Of a DNA stretch of 64,000 nt, positions 1 to 12,300 are shown one piece after another. Position numbers and translations under genes: made by a program. The DNA comes from Perna viridis (lineage: Eukaryota): positions 25,692,704-25,756,703 of the forward strand of contig CM074521.1 in the NCBI GenBank assembly GCA_037379345.1, read 5' to 3'. Every line of letters starts with the position of its first letter. The stretch's first letter is position 1. The notes beneath the pieces are model-generated. The model had not been told where the DNA came from, made no database searches, and worked only from the letters and a program-made list of their open reading frames with translations.

Positions 1-217
1 AGATTACTTTTAACAGGATATTTAAGGAACAATTGTACTTAATACGGTTACAGAATATTGTCTACAGAAAGAGTTGTTTGGTCCAGTTGATAAATGTTAA
101 CAAAATCTGTTTAACCTTCTATAGTTTTCCATAAATGATGAGGCAATGACTGTTTTATGATGATTTGATAAACATGGTAATATGATGATATAAATATGTT
201 TATTATTTTCATTTTAG

Positions 218-356
218 GACACACCTGTTAAACCTGGTGAGACCCTTGACTTGAAGAACATTGTTGCCAGCAAGGTGACAGTTCAAGTCAAACCAAAAGA
301 ACCCGGAAAACCAGCTGATGTAGACAAAATAACTTTAGAAATTTGCGAAAAACCTG
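218..356 (+). CDS. Exon A2 (139 nt), C-terminal part of domain A: DTPVKPGETLDLKNIVASKVTVQVKPKEPGKPADVDKITLEICEKP
   Basis: cattttag|GAC...CCTG|gtaagt; phase 0 to 1; too short for the ORF track; repeated in every A unit. Confidence 0.92.
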
Positions 357-3300
357 GTAAGTTTTGTCTCATTTACTCTAGGTTCTGTCGTTTGGTTATT
401 AAATTTCTTTGTTGAAACACATGAGTTTGATTATAATTACGACACCGAAGACATACTGGCACGATGATTCACTGATATTTTTCTACTTGAAGCATCCTTA
501 AAGATGCCATCAATTCATTTTGTGTAATGTCAAAAAGGAATGGGGATGAAAGAACTGGGCTGCTTTAAGATTCCACTAAGCGTTAATAGAATAACACTAC
601 TGTCAGCTTTTAATCATGCATGCCTAACAATTTTACCAGTTCCAACATTTTCTCACTTGTCTTGTATATTTGCTTCTTTCACTAGTGACAACTGGTGTTA
701 CTACTGTGCCAACTGAAACCTCTCAGCCAGTACCAACTACGAAGCCAACTCCCGAAATTACAACTACGAGAGGAACAACTGCAGGTATCTTTGATAAAAT
801 GGGTATTGTTAATATCATTTCTGGAGGGTGGCTGAAGTGTTACTGATTACCGTTAGTTTAATAACTAGAATTATTCAATTTCAAGAACAATATTAGGAGC
901 TACGTCATTTTATGAAGGATGGGACCTAGGAATTAATGTTTTGAAGAGCTTGAGCTACACATGTATGAAAAAGAAGGAATTGTTACATGTATCTGCAGCA
1001 TACATTGATGAGAAACGTTTGCTTACATTGAACATAATTTGATGAAAATTGGTGGAATTTCTTATATTTGTTTAAAGAATAATAAAAAAAGATTTGTACA
1101 GTTTACATATGCAGAGAAATTAACTTCTCAGCTTTCCGCATTATTTGTATATGTAAAATATTTTTAATCACATTTTATAACTGGATCTCATTGTATATTT
1201 TTTCAAACGGTTATCATTGTAATGAACAATTACTGATGAATACAAGAACATAGATTTGACCATGCCCCCCAAAAAATATTAAGAGAATCTTTAATTTACC
1301 TTAAGGTACAACTACGGAAGAATGTGAAAAGGTTGACATTATGGATTCCATAAGTGTTGATTTAAGTGTGAAAAAGAATGACGAAGATGTTGGTACTGAT
1401 GACATCAAGGAAGACGATGACAAGAACTTACCTCTTGATGAAAACGATGTTTTGACATTGGAACCAAGCAGTCCTTCAGAAGTTGACAGCATCAACGTAA
1501 ATGGAGATAACATTGATGAAGTTCTTGTCACTGTTTATGATGAGGATGGAAATCCCACAGACATTGAGGTAGTGATATCACAGATTACTTTTAACAGGAT
1601 ATTTAAGGAACAATTGTACTTAATATGGTTACTGAATATTGTCTACAGAAAGAGTTGTTTGGTCCAGTTGATAAATGTTAGCAAAATCTGTTTAACCTTC
1701 TATAGTTTTCCATAAATGATGAGGCAATGACTGTTTTATGATGATTTGATAAACATGGTAATATGATAATATAAATATGTTTATTATTTTCATTTTAGGA
1801 CACACCTGTTAAACCTGGTGAGACCCTTGACTTGAAGAACATTGTTACCAGCAAGGTGACAGTTCAAGTCAAACCAAAAGAACCTGGAAAACCAGCTGAT
1901 GTAGACAAAATAACTTTAGAAATTTGCGAAAAACCTGGTAAGTTTTGTCTCATTTACTCTAGGTTCTGGGCGTTTGGTTATTAAATTTCTTTGTTGAAAC
2001 ACATGAGTTTGATTATAATTACGACACCGAAGACATACTGGCACGATGATTCACTGATATTTTTCTACTTGAAGCATCCTTAAAGATGCCATCAATTCAT
2101 TTTGTGTAATGTCAAAAAGGAATGGGGATGAAATAACTGGGCTGCTTTAAGATTCCACTTAGCGTTAATAGAATAACACTACTGTCAGCTTTTAATCATG
2201 CATGCCTAACAATTTTACCAGTTCCAACATTTCCTCACTTGTCTTATATGTTTGCTTCTTTCACTAGTGACAACTGGTGTTACTACTGTGCCAACTGAAA
2301 CCTCTCAGCCAGTACCAACTACGAAGCCAACTCCCGAAATTACAACTACGAGAGGAACAACTGCAGGTATCTTTGATCAAATGGGTATTGTTAATATCAT
2401 TTCTGGAGGGTGGCTGAAGTGTTACTGATTACCGTTAGTTTAATAACTAGAATTATTCCATTTCAAGAACAATATTAGGAGCTACGTCATTTTATGAAGG
2501 ATGGGACCTAGGAATTAATATTTTGAAGAGCTTCAGCTACACATGTATGAAAAAGAAGGAATTGTTATATGTATCTGCAGCATACATTGATGAGAAACGT
2601 TTGCTTACACTGAAGATAATTTGATGAAAATTGGTGGAATTTCTTATATTTGTTAAAAGAATAAAAAAAAAAAAGATTTGTACAGTTTACATATGCAGAG
2701 AAATTAACTTCTCAGCTTTCCGCATTATTTGTATATGTAAATTATTTTTAATCATATTTTATAACTGGATCTCATTGTATATTTTTTCGAACGGTTATCA
2801 TTGTAATGAACAATTACTGATGAATACAAGAACATAGATTTGACCATGCGCCCCCCCCCCCTAAAAAAAAGATATTAAGAGAATCTTTAATTTACCTTAA
2901 GGTACAACTACGGAAGAATGTGAAAAGGTTGACATTATGGATTCCATAAGTGTTGATTTAAGTGTGAAAAAGAATGACGAAGATGTTGGTACTGATGACA
3001 TCAAGGAAGACGATGACAAGAACTTACCTCTTGATGAAAACGATGTTTTGACATTGGAACCAAGCAGTCCTTCAGAAGTTGACAGCATCAACGTAAATGG
3101 AGATAACATTGATGAAGTTCTTGTCACTGTTTATGATGAGGATGGAAATCCCACAGACATTGAGGTAGTGATATCACAGATTACTTTTAACAGGATATTT
3201 AAGGAACAATTGTACTTAATACGGTTACAGAATATTGTCTACAGAAAGAGTTGTTTGGTCCAGTTGATAAATGTTAACAAAATCTGTTTAACCTTCTATA

Positions 3301-6300
3301 GTTTTCCATAAATGATGAGGCAATGACTGTTTTATGATGATTTGATAAACATGGTAATATGATGATATAAATATGTTTATTATTTTCATTTTAGGACACA
3401 CCTGTTAAACCTGGTGAGACCCTTGACTTGAAGAACATTGTTGCCAGCAAGGTGACAGTTCAAGTCAAACCAAAAGAACCCGGAAAACCAGCTGATGTAG
3501 ACAAAATAACTTTAGAAATTTGCGAAAAACCTGGTAAGTTTTGTCTCATTTACTCTAGGTTCTGTCGTTTGGTTATTAAATTTCTTTGTTGAAACACATG
3601 AGTTTGATTATAATTACGACACCGAAGACATACTGGCACGATGATTCACTGATATTTTTCTACTTGAAGCATCCTTAAAGATGCCATCAATTCATTTTGT
3701 GTAATGTCAAAAAGGAATGGGGATGAAAGAACTGGGCTGCTTTAAGATTCCACTAAGCGTTAATAGAATAACACTACTGTCAGCTTTTAATCATGCATGC
3801 CTAACAATTTTACCAGTTCCAACATTTTCTCACTTGTCTTGTATATTTGCTTCTTTCACTAGTGACAACTGGTGTTACTACTGTGCCAACTGAAACCTCT
3901 CAGCCAGTACCAACTACGAAGCCAACTCCCGAAATTACAACTACGAGAGGAACAACTGCAGGTATCTTTGATCAAATGGGTATTGTTAATATCATTTCTG
4001 GAGGGTGGCTGAAGTGTTACTGATTACCGTTAGTTTAATAACTAGAATTATTCAATTTCAAGAACAATATTAGGAGCTACGTCATTTTATGAAGGATGGG
4101 ACCTAGGAATTAATGTTTTGAAGAGCTTGAGCTACACATGTATGAAAAAGAAGGAATTGTTACATGTATCTGCAGCATACATTGATGAGAAACGTTTGCT
4201 TACATTGAACATAATTTGATGAAAATTGGTGGAATTTCTTATATTTGTTTAAAGAATAATAAAAAAAGATTTGTACAGTTTACATATGCAGAGAAATTAA
4301 CTTCTCAGCTTTCCGCATTATTTGTATATGTAAAATATTTTTAATCACATTTTATAACTGGATCTCATTGTATATTTTTTCAAACGGTTATCATTGTAAT
4401 GAACAATTACTGATGAATACAAGAACATAGATTTGACCATGCCCCCCAAAAAATATTAAGAGAATCTTTAATTTACCTTAAGGTACAACTACGGAAGAAT
4501 GTGAAAAGGTTGACATTATGGATTCCATAAGTGTTGATTTAAGTGTGAAAAAGAATGACGAAGATGTTGGTACTGATGACATCAAGGAAGACGATGACAA
4601 GAACTTACCTCTTGATGAAAACGATGTTTTGACATTGGAACCAAGCAGTCCTTCAGAAGTTGACAGCATCAACGTAAATGGAGATAACATTGATGAAGTT
4701 CTTGTCACTGTTTATGATGAGGATGGAAATCCCACAGACATTGAGGTAGTGATATCACAGATTACTTTTAACAGGATATTTAAGGAACAATTGTACTTAA
4801 TATGGTTACTGAATATTGTCTACAGAAAGAGTTGTTTGGTCCAGTTGATAAATGTTAGCAAAATCTGTTTAACCTTCTATAGTTTTCCATAAATGATGAG
4901 GCAATGACTGTTTTATGATGATTTGATAAACATGGTAATATGATAATATAAATATGTTTATTATTTTCATTTTAGGACACACCTGTTAAACCTGGTGAGA
5001 CCCTTGACTTGAAGAACATTGTTACCAGCAAGGTGACAGTTCAAGTCAAACCAAAAGAACCTGGAAAACCAGCTGATGTAGACAAAATAACTTTAGAAAT
5101 TTGCGAAAAACCTGGTAAGTTTTGTCTCATTTACTCTAGGTTCTGGGCGTTTGGTTATTAAATTTCTTTGTTGAAACACATGAGTTTGATTATAATTACG
5201 ACACCGAAGACATACTGGCACGATGATTCACTGATATTTTTCTACTTGAAGCATCCTTAAAGATGCCATCAATTCATTTTGTGTAATGTCAAAAAGGAAT
5301 GGGGATGAAAGAACTGGGCTGCTTTAAGATTCCACTTAGCGTTAATAGAATAACACTACTGTCAGCTTTTAATCATGCATGCCTAACAATTTTACCAGTT
5401 CCAACATTTCCTCACTTGTCTTATATGTTTGCTTCTTTCACTAGTGACAACTGGTGTTACTACTGTGCCAACTGAAACCTCTCAGCCAGTACCAACTACG
5501 AAGCCAACTCCCGAAATTACAACTACGAGAGGAACAACTGCAGGTATCTTTGATCAAATGGGTATTGTTAATATCATTTCTGGAGGGTGGCTGAAGTGTT
5601 ACTGATTACCGTTAGTTTAATAACTAGAATTATTCCATTTCAAGAACAATATTAGGAGCTACGTCATTTTATGAAGGATGGGACCTAGGAATTAATATTT
5701 TGAAGAGCTTCAGCTACACATGTATGAAAAAGAAGGAATTGTTATATGTATCTGCAGCATACATTGATGAGAAACGTTTGCTTACACTGAAGATAATTTG
5801 ATGAAAATTGGTGGAATTTCTTATATTTGTTAAAAGAATAATAAAAAAAAAAGATTTGTACAGTTTACATATGCAGAGAAATTAATTTCTCAGCTTTCCG
5901 CATTATTTGTATATGTAAATTATTTTTAATCATATTTTATAACTGGATCTCATTGTATATTTTTTCGAACGGTTATCATTGTAATGAACAATTACTGATG
6001 AATACAGGAACATAGATTTGACCATTCCCCCCAAAAAATATTAAGAGAATCTTTAATTTACCTTAAGGTACAACTACGGAAGAATGTGAAAAGGTTGACA
6101 TTATGGATTCCATAAGTGTTGATTTAAGTGTGAAAAAGAATGACGAAGATGTTGGTACTGATGACATCAAGGAAGACGATGACAAGAACTTACCTCTTGA
6201 TGAAAACGATGTTTTGACATTGGAACCAAGCAGTCCTTCAGAAGTTGACAGCATCAACGTAAATGGAGATAACATTGATGAAGTTCTTGTCACTGTTTAT

Positions 6301-9300
6301 GATGAGGATGGAAATCCCACAGACATTGAGGTAGTGATATCACAGATTACTTTTAACAGGATATTTAAGGAACAATTGTACTTAATATGGTTACTGAATA
6401 TTGTCTACAGAAAGAGTTGTTTGGTCCAGTTGATAAATGTTAGCAAAATCTGTTTAACCTTCTATAGTTTTCCATAAATGATGAGGCAATGACTGTTTTA
6501 TGATGATTTGATAAACATGGTAATATGATAATATAAATATGTTTATTATTTTCATTTTAGGACACACCTGTTAAACCTGGTGAGACCCTTGACTTGAAGA
6601 ACATTGTTACCAGCAAGGTGACAGTTCAAGTCAAACCAAAAGAACCTGGAAAACCAGCTGATGTAGACAAAATAACTTTAGAAATTTGCGAAAAACCTGG
6701 TAAGTTTTGTCTCATTTACTCTAGGTTCTGGGCGTTTGGTTATTAAATTTCTTTGTTGAAACACATGAGTTTGATTATAATTACGACACCGAAGACATAC
6801 TGGCACGATGATTCACTGATATTTTTCTACTTGAAGCATCCTTAAAGATGCCATCAATTCATTTTGTGTAATGTCAAAAAGGAATGGGGATGAAAGAACT
6901 GGGCTGCTTTAAGATTCCACTTAGCGTTAATAGAATAACACTACTGTCAGCTTTTAATCATGCATGCCTAACAATTTTACCAGTTCCAACATTTCCTCAC
7001 TTGTCTTATATGTTTGCTTCTTTCACTAGTGACAACTGGTGTTACTACTGTGCCAACTGAAACCTCTCAGCCAGTACCAACTACGAAGCCAACTCCCGAA
7101 ATTACAACTACGAGAGGAACAACTGCAGGTATCTTTGATCAAATGGGTATTGTTAATATCATTTCTGGAGGGTGGCTGAAGTGTTACTGATTACCGTTAG
7201 TTTAATAACTAGAATTATTCCATTTCAAGAACAATATTAGGAGCTACGTCATTTTATGAAGGATGGGACCTAGGAATTAATATTTTGAAGAGCTTCAGCT
7301 ACACATGTATGAAAAAGAAGGAATTGTTATATGTATCTGCAGCATACATTGATGAGAAACGTTTGCTTACACTGAAGATAATTTGATGAAAATTGGTGGA
7401 ATTTCTTATATTTGTTAAAAGAATAATAAAAAAAAAAGATTTGTACAGTTTACATATGCAGAGAAATTAATTTCTCAGCTTTCCGCATTATTTGTATATG
7501 TAAATTATTTTTAATCATATTTTATAACTGGATCTCATTGTATATTTTTTCGAACGGTTATCATTGTAATGAACAATTACTGATGAATACAGGAACATAG
7601 ATTTGACCATTCCCCCCAAAAAATATTAAGAGAATCTTTAATTTACCTTAAGGTACAACTACGGAAGAATGTGAAAAGGTTGACATTATGGATTCCATAA
7701 GTGTTGATTTAAGTGTGAAAAAGAATGACGAAGATGTTGGTACTGATGACATCAAGGAAGACGATGACAAGAACTTACCTCTTGATGAAAACGATGTTTT
7801 GACATTGGAACCAAGCAGTCCTTCAGAAGTTGACAGCATCAACGTAAATGGAGATAACATTGATGAAGTTCTTGTCACTGTTTATGATGAGGATGGAAAT
7901 CCCACAGACATTGAGGTAGTGATATCACAGATTACTTTTAACAGGATATTTAAGGAACAATTGTACTTAATACGGTTACAGAATATTGTCTACAGAAAGA
8001 GTTGTTTGGTCCAGTTGATAAATGTTAACAAAATCTGTTTAATCTTCTATAGTTTTCCATAAATGATGAGGCAATGACTGTTTTATGATGATTTGATAAA
8101 CATGGTAATATGATGATATAAATATGTTTATTATTTTCATTTTAGGACACACCTGTTAAACCTGGTGAGACCCTTGACTTGAAGAACATTGTTGCCAGCA
8201 AGGTGACAGTTCAAGTCAAACCAAAAGAACCCGGAAAACCAGCTGATGTAGACAAAATAACTTTAGAAATTTGCGAAAAACCTGGTAAGTTTTGTCTCAT
8301 TTACTCTAGGTTCTGTCGTTTGGTTATTAAATTTCTTTGTTGAAACACATGAGTTTGATTATAATTACGACACCGAAGACATACTGGCACGATGATTCAC
8401 TGATATTTTTCTACTTGAAGCATCCTTAAAGATGCCATCAATTCATTTTGTGTAATGTCAAAAAGGAATGGGGATGAAAGAACTGGGCTGCTTTAAGATT
8501 CCACTAAGCGTTAATAGAATAACACTACTGTCAGCTTTTAATGATGCATGCCTAACAATTTTACCAGTTCCAACATTTCCTCACTTGTCTTGTATATTTG
8601 CTTCTTTCACTAGTGACAACTGGTGTTACTACTGTGCCAACTGAAACCTCTCAGCCAGTACCAACTACGAAGCCAACTCCCGAAATTACAACTACGAGAG
8701 GAACAACTGCAGGTATCTTTGATCAAATGGGTATTGTTAATATCATTTCTGGAGGGTGGCTGAAGTGTTACTGATTACCGTTAGTTTAATAACTAGAATT
8801 ATTCAATTTCAAGAACAATATTAGGAGCTACGTCATTTTATGAAGGATGGGACCTAGGAATTAATGTTTTGAAGAGCTTGAGCTACACATGTATGAAAAA
8901 GAAGGAATTGTTACATGTATCTGCAGCATACATTGATGAGAAACGTTTGCTTACACTGAACATAATTTGATGAAAATTGGTGGAATTTCTTATATTTGTT
9001 AAAAGAATAATAAAAAAAAGATTTGTACAGTTTACATATGCAGAGAAATTATCTTCTCAGCTTTCCACATTATTTGTATATGTAAATTATTTTTAATCAC
9101 ATTTTGTAACTGGAATCTCATTGTATGTTTTTTTTCAAACGGTTATCATTGTAATGAACAATTACTGATGAATACAAGAACATAGATTTGACCATGCCCC
9201 CCAAAAATAGTAAGAGAATCTTTAATTTACCTTAAGGTACAAGTACGGAAGAATGTGAAAAGGTTGACATTATGGATTCAATCAGTGTTGATTTAAGTGT

Positions 9301-12300
9301 GAAAAAGAATGACGAAGATGTTGGTACTGATGACATCAAGGAAGACGATGACAAGAACTTACCTCTTGATGAAAACGATGTTTTGACATTGGAACCAAGC
9401 AGTCCTTCAGAAGTTGACAGCATCAACGTAAATGGAGATAACATTGATGAAGTTCTTGTCACTGTTTATGATGAGGATGGAAATCCCACAGACATTGAGG
9501 TAGTGATATCACAGATTACTTTTAACAGGATATTTAAGGAACAATTGTACTTAATATGGTTACTGAATATTGTCTACAGAAAGAGTTGTTTGGTCCAGTT
9601 GATAAATGTTAACAAAATCTGTTTAACCTTCTATAGTTTTCCATAAATGATGAGGCAATGACTGTTTTATGATGATTTGATAAACATGGTAATATGATGA
9701 TATAAATATGTTTATTATTTTCATTTTAGGACACACCTGTTAAACCTGGTGAGACCCTTGACTTGAAGAACATTGTTGCCAGCAAGGTGACAGTTCAAGT
9801 CAAACCAAAAGAACCTGGAAAACCAGCTGATGTAGACAAAATAACTTTAGAAATTTGCGAAAAACCTGGTAAGTCTTGTTTCATTTACTCTAGGTTCTAT
9901 AGTTTGGTTATTAAATTTCTTTGTTGAAACATATGAGTTTAATTACAATTACGACACCGCAGACATACTGGCACGATGATTCACTGATATTTTTCTACTT
10001 GAAGCATCCTTAAAGATACCATCAATTCATTTTGTGTAATGTCAAAAAGGAATGGGGATGAAAGAACTGGGCTGCTTTAAGATTCCACTTAGCGTTAATA
10101 GAATAACACTACTGTCAGCTTTTAATGATGCATGCCTAACAATTTTACCAGTTCCAACATTTTCTCTTTTGTTTTGTATATTCGCTTTTTTCACTAGTGA
10201 CAACTGGTGTTACTACTGTGCCAACTGAAACCTCTCAGCCAGTACCAACTACCAAACCAACTCCCGAAATTACAACTACGGAAGTAAAAACTACAGGTAT
10301 GTTTGATAAAATGGGTATTGTGAATATCATTTCTGGAGGGAGCCTAAAGTATTAGTGATTACCGTTAGTTCAATAACTAGAATTATTCAATTTCAAGACC
10401 AACATTAGGAGCTACATCATTTTATGAAGGGTGGGACCTAAGAATTAATGTTTTGAAAAGCTTCAGCTACACATGTATGAAAAAGAAACGAAAGATTTTG
10501 ATTATAATTGAAACATTTAAGACATACTGGCATTATGTTTAAACAAAACGTTTTCAAGTTGAAGCATCATCAAAAATGCCATCAACTTTATTTTTAAAAA
10601 TTAACTTTTCGATTGTGTTAAGGAACTGGGTAACCTTTTAGATTCCATTTGGCCCTTATAATACAAGGAAAGTATTGGTATCTTTTAATCGTGTATTTTT
10701 ACACAGTTGCAGCATTGATCATTTGTCAGAAAAATTTACTTTTATCACTAGTGACAACTGGTGTTACCACTATGCCATCTGAAACTTCTCAGGCAGCACC
10801 AACTTCGAAGCCCGGACCTGAAATTACAACTCCAGGAGGAACAACAACAGGTGTGTTTTATAAAAGGAGTGTTCTGAATACCATTTCGGGAAGGTGCCTG
10901 ATTACCGTTAGTTCAATACAAAGAATTATACTAGTCCTTGAGCAGCAAAATATGCTACATCATTTTTGAGCGATCGGGCCTAAAAATTAATGTTGTGAAG
11001 TGCTTGGGCTACACATGTATGGAAAGAAAGTGATCGTTACATGTATCTACAGCATACATTGATGAGAAACGTTTGCACACCCTGAAAAGAATTGACTGAA
11101 ATAAGTGGAATTTCTGATGATTGTTAAAAAAAATAGTAATAATTTGTACAGTTTACACATGCAGAGAAATTAAGTTCTCATCTTTCCATATTATTTGTAC
11201 ATATAAATTATTTTAATCACATTTTGTAACTGAATCTCATTCTATGTTTTTTTTTAAAACGGTTATCAGTGTAATGAAGAATTACTGATGAATACACGAA
11301 GATAGGTTTGACCATGCCCCAGAAAGTATTTAGAGGATGAAAAATTCATTGTTTAATCCGGTCCACCTGGTCCATGCTCCCATTTTTTACTGGAGTCCGA
11401 GTTGCCCATTTGCTTTTGTTACTTTGTATGTATGAGATTAGTTACTTTATGTTCTTTTTTTGTGTATTTTTGTGTACCATGTCTGGTCTTTATACCCGGA
11501 TTACATTCTTTTGATTACCGCTATAACCTTGATTCCCTAGATTACTCTTTAATATACCTTAAGGTACAACTACAGAAGAATGTGAAAAGGTTGACATTAT
11601 GGATTCCATAAGTGTTGATTTAAGTGTGAAAAAGAATGACGAAGATGTTGGTACTGATGACATCAAGAATGAAGATGACAAGAACTTACCTCTTAATGAA
11701 AACGATGTTTTGACATTGGAACCAAGTAGTCCATCAGAAGTTGATAGCATCAACGTAAATGGAGATAACATTGAAGACGTCATTGTCACTGTTTATAATG
11801 AAGATGGAAACCCTACAGACATTGAGGTAGTGAGATCACAAATTTCGTTAGACAGGTTTTTTAAGAAATGTTTGTACTGATACAATATATTATATAACTT
11901 TATACACTTAATGAGGCAATTGTGTCGGTTTATAATAATGTTAATACACCCACTGCCTAGATATTTTAATCTGATTGAAATATTGAGTAATAAATGTTTT
12001 AGGATGATTTGAAAAACATGGTTATGTGCTAATATGAATATTTCTGTCATTTTAGGACACACCTGTTAAACCTGATGAGACGCTGGACTTGAAAAACATT
12101 GTTGCCAGCAAGGTAACAGTTCAAGTCACTCCAAAAGAACCTGGAAAACCAGCTGATGTAGACCAAGTGACTCTAGAAATTTGCGAAAAACCTGGTGAGT
12201 TTTGTCTCATTACATAAAGGGCCGTCTTATACTAATAGAAATCTTTGCTGAAAGAAAAGATTTTGACTATAATTTAAACACTTAAGAAATACTGGTATTA

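Noticed and set aside
1303-1311. AG|GT at the A1 acceptor as a recursive-splicing site
   Set aside because: The introns are only 0.2-0.5 kb and GTACAA is a poor donor. The GT is simply the rest of a Gly codon.
1341-1715. Treating each 93-124 aa ORF as a separate small gene in a tandem gene cluster
   Set aside because: The frame is open upstream of the Met to a splice acceptor, the tails after the donor vary by frameshift between copies, and compatible exon phases join everything into one frame.
2849-2870. Expanded C-run/A-run making one unit 1,596 bp
   Set aside because: Intronic homopolymer variation or sequencing error, with no evident function.
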